Shown here: positions 55,870 to 64,000 of the stretch, in pieces | Layout of the letters: the number at the start of each line of letters is the position of its first letter | How positions within the stretch are numbered: position 1 is the first letter of the stretch | Source: Eledone cirrhosa | Lineage: Eukaryota | DNA: 64,000 nt | Assembly: GCA_964016885.1 (NCBI GenBank) | Contig: OZ024743.1 | Span: 16,244,001 to 16,308,000 of the forward strand | Direction of reading: 5' to 3' | Notes under the pieces: generated by a model | What the model was told of the DNA's origin: nothing | The model's database searches: none | Seen by the model: only the letters and a program-made list of their open reading frames with translations | Program-made: the position numbers and the translations under genes

Positions 55870-56111
55870 ATTTTATTATTATTATTATTATTATTATTGA
55901 ATGCCATGGTTGACGGAGGCTCGGCTCTGTAAGGTATAGTAATTTTTAACCGTTAAAACAATTGTAAATTATTTAAAACTTGAACCAAATTGTTGATAAA
56001 GACACCCTCCTCCTCGTGAGAGGGGTCTTTCTGTCCGTTATTTGGCCCTTCGGGGTTAAATAGCCAGTTATTGGGGTTTTGTACCCAAAATTTCATTTTA
56101 AACAAAAAAAC

Positions 56112-58211
56112 ATGGCTACCAAAAAAAAAAAATTTCATACGTCACTCCCACTCATTCCGTCTTCTTCTTCCTCAATCATCACTACAGGAGAGAGAAGATT
56201 GTCTCTCTCCCTCCCTTCTTTAAATGTGTCTCTCTCCCTACCTTCTCTTTCGCAAGCGACGAAAGAAAAGAAAAGTCTCGTGCAAAGCGTGCAAGGTTTC
56301 TCCACGACGATGACGACAGCGACGAAACAGGTGTGCGGGAAATACGAAAACCCAGTTCATTCGTCTGACGTCAGGAATAATAGCAGTAGCAGCCGTAATA
56401 ACAACAGCAACAGTGACAATGAAAACAACAGTAGCAGCCGCAACAGCATCACCAGCAGCATAAACAACAACACCATTAGCAGCAGCAACACCAACAACAA
56501 CCACAGCAACAGCGGCGGAGGCAGTAGTCGTAGTACCTGCAGCAACAACAAAAGTACCAGCAGCTCTGACGACAACAACAACAGCAGAGAAAAACCAATC
56601 TCATTTGCAGGTATTGCGAAAAACCTGGAAACAATCCTCATAACAAATGAGGAATTAGAGGAAGCGAAGAAGATGGTGACAAAGAACGGACACCGAGCAA
56701 TCTGCAAGGCAGCGAAAAATTTTTTCGAAACCCAAGAGCACTGTACGGTCACGTACCGTACAGTAAGTACAAAATCCCGTAGGGTGGAAAGAGCCACAGA
56801 GGCCCAAATACAAAAAGCCTTGGGGTCTGTGTGGCAGAGGAAAACGCACATCACCCGAGGCAAAAAATACGCCACCGTAGACGTACTTTTTGCCACACCC
56901 CACGAGGCAAAGGCCCAATCAGTAGTGACCCTAAGGAGCGAGGAAATGGTGTTGGTGCCCTCCTACTGCGGGCAAAAAATTGTGAGGGTCAAACTGACCC
57001 ACGTCCCCCCCGGAATGACCCCTTCTTGGCTGGCCGCGTCTGTCCTCGTCGGAATCGAGGACAAAACAACTGTACTGCAAGTACAGAAAAAAGTAAGAGA
57101 AGATTGGGTCGGCTCCTCCATTGAGATGCTAATCCAAACCAACCAGGAGTGCATCGAAGCTATCCCGGATGTGATAGACTTCGATAACGGCACTCAACTG
57201 CCCATAAGTGTTGAGGGCAAACGCCCGAAATGCTTTCGCTGTGGATCGAAGACTCACCTCAGGGCCTTCTGCAACGAGAAGACCCTGAGAAAGGAGAAAA
57301 CCCCCCTCCTCCCGAATCCGGTTCCACGGCTACCAGCAACAGGACAAGCGGCAACCAGGAACGATAGGTCCGTGGCACCCATACCCACTCCACGGAAATC
57401 AAAGACAGCAGCAGCAGTGGAAATATTAACAACAACAACAGCAATACCAAATGCAGCTGCAACAGAGACTCCAGTGCAAACATCACCAACAACAACAAGT
57501 GAAAGAGTGGAGCTGGTACCCCTCCCCGACCTTACAGAATCAGACATGGAGTGTGAGGTGGGAGAGGGATGGCAAAAGGTCTCAAGAAGGCACAAACGCA
57601 GAAGCAGCGCATCGTCGCCTTTGAAAAGGGAGGAAAGAAATGAGAAAAGGGTAAAGTCTACTGCAAAGAGACCCACAGCAGCAACACCACCAACACCATC
57701 ACCACCCACACCAGCACCACCATCACCACCGGCGACAACCCCACCGCCAACAACACCTTCAACACCACCACCACAAGCACCAACATCGCAAACACAACAA
57801 CAAAACACACACACCCAGCAACAACGACAAGAAAATAGCAGAACCACACCCCACCCCCAGAAAAACAAATGCACGGCAATAAACACACACAACAAGAAAC
57901 TAATGACTTACATAATTGAACACACAGACATTTCACAACAGGACTACATAATACCAGCACCAATCAAAACGCCAACTAACATAAGACTGCTAAAAATAGC
58001 ACAGAAACAATACACAAACATTAAAACGAAATTCCCCAACGCAGTTGGTGATTTCAGGGACCTAGGAGGAACCATTAATCGAAGAGTATATTCAGACATT
58101 CTCTTAGAAGAGCCGACGACCAGCCGAAGGGACGATTCAACGGTCCCTTCACCAGACGATCAAGTGAAAAGGGATGTAAAAACCATCCCTCCTCTACCAA
58201 AAATACGGTAA
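56112..58211 (+). CDS. LINE ORF1 nucleic-acid-binding protein (CCHC zinc knuckle; N/S-rich and P/T-rich low-complexity regions)
   Basis: CFRCGSKTHLRAFC fits CX2CX4HX4C and lies upstream of ORF2. First ATG is at 56112; the true start could be downstream. Confidence 0.85.
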   Translation: MATKKKKFHTSLPLIPSSSSSIITTGERRLSLSLPSLNVSLSLPSLSQATKEKKSLVQSVQGFSTTMTTATKQVCGKYENPVHSSDVRNNSSSSRNNNSNSDNENNSSSRNSITSSINNNTISSSNTNNNHSNSGGGSSRSTCSNNKSTSSSDDNNNSREKPISFAGIAKNLETILITNEELEEAKKMVTKNGHRAICKAAKNFFETQEHCTVTYRTVSTKSRRVERATEAQIQKALGSVWQRKTHITRGKKYATVDVLFATPHEAKAQSVVTLRSEEMVLVPSYCGQKIVRVKLTHVPPGMTPSWLAASVLVGIEDKTTVLQVQKKVREDWVGSSIEMLIQTNQECIEAIPDVIDFDNGTQLPISVEGKRPKCFRCGSKTHLRAFCNEKTLRKEKTPLLPNPVPRLPATGQAATRNDRSVAPIPTPRKSKTAAAVEILTTTTAIPNAAATETPVQTSPTTTSERVELVPLPDLTESDMECEVGEGWQKVSRRHKRRSSASSPLKREERNEKRVKSTAKRPTAATPPTPSPPTPAPPSPPATTPPPTTPSTPPPQAPTSQTQQQNTHTQQQRQENSRTTPHPQKNKCTAINTHNKKLMTYIIEHTDISQQDYIIPAPIKTPTNIRLLKIAQKQYTNIKTKFPNAVGDFRDLGGTINRRVYSDILLEEPTTSRRDDSTVPSPDDQVKRDVKTIPPLPKIR

Positions 58212-58246
58212 GTGGTCTTTCCCATCTTTTCCACTCTATTTTAAAC

Positions 58247-61200
58247 ATGACCTCACTCAGAATAGGCAGCATAAATGCGCGTGGCTTGGGGTCGTCATGG
58301 AAGCAGGGTCACCTGCTCAACGACCTCAGGTCACTAAACATAGATGTAGTGGCCATCAGCGAGACCAGAATCTCCGAAGCACGGGCCTTCGCACCGATCT
58401 TCGGCGGCTACGATGTGTACGCATCTCCCAGCCGTCCTGGATCGGGTGGAGGAGTTGCTGTGCTTTTTCGGAGAGGTTTGGATCTCGCCATACGGGCCAT
58501 CTTCCTGGACCCAGAGGGTAAGCTGGTGGTGCTGGACGTGACCAGCGGAGACGGGCAAGCTTTCAGGCTAGTGGCCGTCTATGCCCCGACAGGAGCAGGG
58601 CGGCCTGATTTCTTCCGGCGTCTGGAGACCTTTCTTGGAACGTCGCGCTCTTTAGTGTTAGTGGGCGACTGGAACGGGATCTTAGATGCACGCTGGGACT
58701 GTGTGGGATTAGCGGATAGGGGTGGAGGGTGCAAGAGCCTCACCAACCTGCTCAGGCGTTTTGAACTGTCTGACAGGTACCGATTGGATTTCCCGAATGT
58801 GCCAATGTGGACTTGGACAAACCGCATAGGGTCATCCAGATCATATCTAGATAGAGTATTTTGTAGGGAAATAGATAGGTCTAGCATAGGCTGTCCACAA
58901 TTCAAGATAGTCAGCTACACGGACCACAAATTCGTGATCTGTGTGCTTGACTTAGATAGGCTTCATAGACGAGGACCCGGCTACTGGAAGCTAAACGCGT
59001 CCTTACCAGCGCGCAAGGCCTACAGAGACCGGATTAGCGAACTAGTTAAGCGGGCGTTGACGGGGGCCATCGTCAACAACAAGTGGTGGTTTGCTCTGAA
59101 AAGAGCGATTAGAATAGAATCGATTAGGTTTAGTAAGGCTTTAGCAATAGAGAAAAATAGAGCAGAGGGAGAACTAGTTAGAAAATTAGACGAGGCGCTT
59201 AGCAAAGGCATTGCGACCGACGTGCTTGCGGCGAAATTGGCCCTTGACCAATTCTTCAATGCAAAGCACGAAGGCTGCGTTGTCAGAGCTAGGGTGCGTG
59301 CTCTCAGACACGAGGGGACGAAAGCCGTTCAATGGGCCCGAGTGGCGGAGGCGCGTCGTGGCAACAAAGCCACGATCCGGTCTTTGGTGGACCACGACGG
59401 GCGCATGCTACTCGATCCCGGGCAAATGTGTGAAGCTTTTCAGCGACACTTCGCTCAGCTGTTCGGGGGCAGCGGGGGGCCGGGTAGAGGGATGGACTTT
59501 AGTGTCTACCTCGACGGACTGCCGCGGCTCTCGGCCACTGAGGCGAAGTGTTGCGAAAAGCCGATAACAGCCGCTGAAGTAAGGGAGGCAATGACTGGCT
59601 GCACAAGGGGTAAATCGCCTGGTTTGGATGGTCTGCCCTATGAACTTTACGTACAGATGCCAGACTTGTTCGGAGGCCTCTTGGCGGACGTCTACTGCAA
59701 CTGGCAACAGAACGGGAGAATTCCCAGTTCTGTGAGCCGAGGAGCGGTGGCACTGCTGAGAAAGGATCCGAACAAGGGGGATAACATAGACAATTTCCGG
59801 CCCATAACTCTGCTAAACACAGAGTTTAAGATTTTGGCCAAGGTGCTAGCAAAGAGGTTGGCGCTTGTCGTTGGTGGTCTGGTGGGAGAGGCGCAGACAT
59901 GCGCCATTCCCGACAGATCCATCCACGACAACCTCCACCTCATGCGATACATCGTAGAGAGGGTAGCTAGGGAACCTGGCACGGGTGGGTCCTTGATCAA
60001 TTTAGATCAGTCGAAAGCTTTCGATAGGGTCGACCATCGTTACCTAGCGGCAGTCCTGAGGGCGGCTGGCTTTGGGCCCGTCTTCAGAGGCTGGATCGCT
60101 GCCATGCACAGCGACATCTGCTCTGTGGTGAGAGTGAACGGTCACCTGTCGGAACCGTTCAACATCATGCGCTCGGTCCGCCAAGGATGTCCCCTCTCGT
60201 CCCTCTTGTACGTATTGACTCTCGAGCCATTACTGCACAAACTGGAGACGTTGAGAGGAGTCCCGCGCGAACTAGGATGCGGAAGATCCGTGTCAGCATA
60301 TGCGGACGATGTCACCGTAGTGGTGTCGAACGCCAAACACATCGAGGCGATCGGCACTACACTAAGAGAATACGAAGCGGTGACAGGAGCAATGATCAAC
60401 CAGGAAAAGTCAGTGGGCCTGCAGCTCGGCACCTGGAGAGGCAGGTCCATGCCGTCCAACAGCGTCGTCGGGCGCTGGACGGACGGACCGGTTAAATTGC
60501 TAGGGGTCTGGTTCGGTCCGGACCTCCAGACGGACAAAAACTGGGACGAGGTGACGAGCAGGGTGGCTTCTCTCACCCAGAAATGGGCGGAGAGGAAGCT
60601 ATCCCTGAAAGGTCGAGCGGAGGTGGCTAACGCGTACATCGCGTCTGTCATCTGCTACCGCCTAACCGTCGTACCTTGTCCTAAGCCTCGCCTGACTGCG
60701 CTGGAGCGTTTGCTCTTTCGCTTTTTGTGGAAGGGACGTGCTCCGATGGTCAGGCGGTCCATCTGTTGTCAACACCCGCTACGTGGAGGGCTGGGCATGC
60801 CGTGGCTGATGATGCGCAGGCACGCGCTCAGGCTACGACATCTCCACCTCTTCCTCGACGGTGATCAGGTGTGGTCGCCGTTTGCTAGACGCGTTTTTCC
60901 CCAGCTCGTTTCCTTGACGGAGCTGCAGTCCTGGGTCAAGCGAAGACCGAGAGGGAGCGCCTGGAGACTGGAATGTCTTCAGGCGCTCACAGCCCTCGAC
61001 CAATCGGGCAATGTGATCGGTGGAAACTCCACCTCGGCGTTCTATAGAGGATTAGTGGAGGGGAAGAGCGACGACGTACTTGGGGAAACTCTAGGCGTCG
61101 ACGAAAATCAACTAGCCAATCTCTTCGGAAGAACTTTCGGGCCAGGGCCTATGGACAACTTCCAGAAATCTCTGGCCTGGCAGTGCTACCGAGGAGCCTT

Positions 61201-61666
61201 GCCAGTTCGGGATAAACTCTACAGGCATGGAGGTGCCGTCAGCCGGGCATGTCCGAGATGCGCGCAGGGCGACGAAACCGTCCTGCACGCACTCGTCCAG
61301 TGTCCGAAAATTGCTGACTTGTGGGTTTATGTCGAACACCTGCTGTCGCGTTTAGGACGGATCCAGCTATCATCTGAGTCTATCGTGAGGATTGCCCCGC
61401 CCTCCTCCTTTAGCCGGGAAGGGCAGGCAGTTTTTATCTGTCTGGTGGCCATGGCGAAAGAGATAGTATGGTGGACACGTTTGAAAGGGCTGAAGACGAG
61501 CACTTACCTCTTCGGTGATGCTCTGATTGACTTTTTCAAATTTCATTTGAAAAGGAAAATCAGAGTAGAGAAGGAAGTGCTCTCTTCCCAGCATTTTGTT
61601 GAAAGATGGGTGAGAGAAGCAAGAATGGCCCGAGTGAATGGGCCGACTCTGAGTATATATCTGTAA
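58247..61666 (+). CDS. LINE ORF2: AP endonuclease, reverse transcriptase and C-terminal CCHC
   Basis: SINARGL, SET, VYAP, GDWN, LDR, TDH (APE); KSPGLDG, RPITLLN, LDQSKAFDRV, RQGCPLS, YADD (RT); GGLG; CPRCAQGDETVLHALVQC. Confidence 0.97.
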   Translation: MTSLRIGSINARGLGSSWKQGHLLNDLRSLNIDVVAISETRISEARAFAPIFGGYDVYASPSRPGSGGGVAVLFRRGLDLAIRAIFLDPEGKLVVLDVTSGDGQAFRLVAVYAPTGAGRPDFFRRLETFLGTSRSLVLVGDWNGILDARWDCVGLADRGGGCKSLTNLLRRFELSDRYRLDFPNVPMWTWTNRIGSSRSYLDRVFCREIDRSSIGCPQFKIVSYTDHKFVICVLDLDRLHRRGPGYWKLNASLPARKAYRDRISELVKRALTGAIVNNKWWFALKRAIRIESIRFSKALAIEKNRAEGELVRKLDEALSKGIATDVLAAKLALDQFFNAKHEGCVVRARVRALRHEGTKAVQWARVAEARRGNKATIRSLVDHDGRMLLDPGQMCEAFQRHFAQLFGGSGGPGRGMDFSVYLDGLPRLSATEAKCCEKPITAAEVREAMTGCTRGKSPGLDGLPYELYVQMPDLFGGLLADVYCNWQQNGRIPSSVSRGAVALLRKDPNKGDNIDNFRPITLLNTEFKILAKVLAKRLALVVGGLVGEAQTCAIPDRSIHDNLHLMRYIVERVAREPGTGGSLINLDQSKAFDRVDHRYLAAVLRAAGFGPVFRGWIAAMHSDICSVVRVNGHLSEPFNIMRSVRQGCPLSSLLYVLTLEPLLHKLETLRGVPRELGCGRSVSAYADDVTVVVSNAKHIEAIGTTLREYEAVTGAMINQEKSVGLQLGTWRGRSMPSNSVVGRWTDGPVKLLGVWFGPDLQTDKNWDEVTSRVASLTQKWAERKLSLKGRAEVANAYIASVICYRLTVVPCPKPRLTALERLLFRFLWKGRAPMVRRSICCQHPLRGGLGMPWLMMRRHALRLRHLHLFLDGDQVWSPFARRVFPQLVSLTELQSWVKRRPRGSAWRLECLQALTALDQSGNVIGGNSTSAFYRGLVEGKSDDVLGETLGVDENQLANLFGRTFGPGPMDNFQKSLAWQCYRGALPVRDKLYRHGGAVSRACPRCAQGDETVLHALVQCPKIADLWVYVEHLLSRLGRIQLSSESIVRIAPPSSFSREGQAVFICLVAMAKEIVWWTRLKGLKTSTYLFGDALIDFFKFHLKRKIRVEKEVLSSQHFVERWVREARMARVNGPTLSIYL

Positions 61667-61927
61667 ACTAAAGGTGGAAAACTGGGAGAGGGCACTTGCC
61701 TTGGTGGTCAGGGTCATTGTGGCTTTTTACTGGGCTTTCTCCACAAATGTCCCTCCGAAGTCTCCCCCCTATTGGGGAATTTTTCATTGTTATTTTCATT
61801 GTTATTTTTGTTACATCCTCTATTTTTGTTTTTTTTACACGCAGAAATGCCCATTTGTACCGTCCTGCATTGTCCTGCACTGTCCTTAATGTCTACTTTA
61901 TGTAAACCCTTGTGGTTAATAAAGAAA

Positions 61928-61988
<61 letters not shown>

Positions 61989-63370
61989 CATCCTTCATCT
62001 GCTACAGCTTCACCGTCGTCTCTTGCTCCGGCCCAACTCTCACCAAAATGGAGCGCCTCCTCTTCCGCTTTTTGTGGAAGGGCCGCGCTCCTATGGTCAG
62101 ACGATCCATCTGCTGTCAACACCCGTTGTGTGGAGGACTGGGCTTGCCATGGCTGATGATGCGCAAACATGCGCTGAGGCTGCGACATCTCTGGTGCTTC
62201 CTTGACGGTGAACAGGTGTGGTCGCCGTTCGCCACACATGTTTTCCCACAGCTCGTCTCCTTGACCGAGCTGCAGTCCTGGGTCAGAAAAAGACCGAGGG
62301 ATAGCGCTTGGAAACTGGAATGTCTCCAGGCGCTCACTGCCCTCTGCCAGCTGGGCACCAGTATCGGTGGAACATCCACCTCGGCGTTCTAAAGAGGATA
62401 GTGAAGGGGAAGTGCGACGACGTTCTCAGAGAGATCCTGGGCGTTGAAGAAGATCAGCTGTTTGCTCTCTTCCGGAGAACTTTCAGCCCAGGGCCTATGG
62501 ATAAATTCCCATAATCCCTGGCCTGGCAGTGCTACCGGGGAGCGCTGCCGGTTCGAGATAAGCTCTACAGGCACGGAAGTGCCGTCAGCCGAGCCTGTCC
62601 GAGATGCGCGCTGAGCGGAGCGACGAAACCGTCGTGCACGCACTCGTACAGTTCCCGAGCATTGCTGACTTGTGGAGCTATGTCGAACAGTTGCTGTCGC
62701 GTGTAGGACTGATCCGGTTATCGATTGAGTCCATTGTGCAGATGGTCTCGCCGTCTTCCTTCGAGGAGGAAGTGCAGGCGGTTTTCATCTGCCTGGTGGC
62801 CATAGCGAAAGAGATTGTGTGGTGGACAAGGTTGAAAGTGTTAAAGACAGACACTTTCCTCTTCGGCAAATCCCTAATTAAGTTTTTCAAGTTTCACGTG
62901 AAGAGGAAAATCAGGATGTAGAGGCAAGTGCTGCCTTCTAGCAAGTTTGTTGAAAGTTGGGTGAATGTAGCGAGAATGGTCCGAGTGAACGGGACAGCTC
63001 TGAATATACATCTGTAGTTTGAAAAATGGAAATAATTGAGAGAGGCCGCTTGCCCTGGTGGTCAGGGTGGCCGTGGTCTTTCGTGTTGTTTTCGCCACGA
63101 GTAACCCTCGGATGTTTCCCCCCTATTGGGGAATTTTTCATTGTTTCAATTTTCATTTTTATTGTTTATATATATATATGTTCCTATGTCCTCTTTTTTT
63201 CTTTCCTTATATAAATAATACAAATATTTACACGCACAAAACACACATCGTACCGTCCTGTACCATCCTGTGCCGTCTGTAATGTTTTTGTTGATGTCAG
63301 CCCTTCTGGCCAATAAAGAAATCATTATTATTATTATTAATTATAATAATAACAATATTATTATTATTTA
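61989..63370 (+). mobile_element. 5'-truncated Tx1-like LINE of a different subfamily, abutting the tail of the full-length copy
   Basis: Colinear with ORF2 from about 60640 to the 3' end; AATAAAGAAATC(ATT)n. Confidence 0.93.
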
Positions 63371-64000
63371 CTAACTTATTCCTAGTAGGCTCCTGATGGC
63401 AGAATTATCATTCACGGCATTCTTGGGGTCCTGTTATGAGCAACCATCTTCAATAAATACTTGGATTTCCAAGCGAGAAAGCCGAACTCGTCGATGTTAT
63501 TTAATCATGTTGCAGGGAGTTTACCGTTGGTTTTCTTGTTGTTGGTTTCGGCCTTACCATCTTTCCAGCAATTGTTTCCTAAGGTATATTAACCACATGT
63601 AAGTAGTAACGGGCTATGATCTCTCAATTCCGAGAAGCATCTGCTCTACATGGAAGGACTCCCACACTAAAGTGGTATAGCAAACGGTTATGAGGCCTTG
63701 GATAGATAACGCCAGCAAAGGAAGACCGTGCACCTACCAACAAGACCCTTTGTCGTGTCTTAAAGCCAAGATAACCCCCAAAATGGTGAGATACAATATG
63801 GTCTGCTATCTCACCTGAGCTGAATCCGAAGAACTACTAAATATGGAGCATAGTACAGAGGGAAGTCATTCAATGGCCTCATAAAACTATAAAATCACTG
63901 AATTCTACAACAACTAGCACAGTGTCTAATATAGATAAAGACCAGCTGATTCGGTATTTCACCGTTTCAGATCTCATATTGAAGCAATCATCGAGGCTAA

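Larger units (their letters stand above)
55899..61988 (+). mobile_element. Full-length, apparently intact Tx1/L1-clade LINE with (ATT)n tail
   Basis: 5' UTR, two long open ORFs separated by 35 nt, 3' UTR, AATAAA at 61918 and ATT tail 61930-61988. Confidence 0.95.

Noticed and set aside
56238-61339. Numerous antisense or alternate-frame ORFs overlapping LINE ORF1 and ORF2
   Set aside because: Shadows of GC-rich coding sequence; no motifs.
63380-63800. Possible 5' relic of another LINE on the minus strand
   Set aside because: No diagnostic motif recognisable.

Overview
AT-rich, microsatellite-dense eukaryotic DNA with no recognisable intact host gene. The SINE families and repeat landscape suggest an octopus or other coleoid cephalopod (inference). 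Almost all identifiable content is mobile-element derived. (1) A Tx1/L1-clade LINE family: one apparently intact full-length copy (55899-61930; ORF1 with a CCHC knuckle, ORF2 APE-RT-CCHC) plus at least six truncated or decayed copies. (2) R4/Dong-like restriction-endonuclease LINE fragments. These two clades form an approximately 11.6 kb array (51760-63370) in which almost every junction is an (ATT)n tract, and the array includes one Tx1/Dong chimera. (3) Three Penelope-like element (PLE; RT plus GIY-YIG) families with direct or inverted pseudo-LTRs. (4) More than ten hammerhead-ribozyme (HHR) motifs from unrelated PLE-type termini, including short non-coding inserts in (TA)n tracts whose inverted-duplication junctions fall at HHR helices. 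One is a perfect 126-bp palindrome with a complete hammerhead on each strand. (5) tRNA-derived SINEs and relics of piggyBac, Helitron, hAT and mariner transposons. All calls were made by eye; no searches were run.
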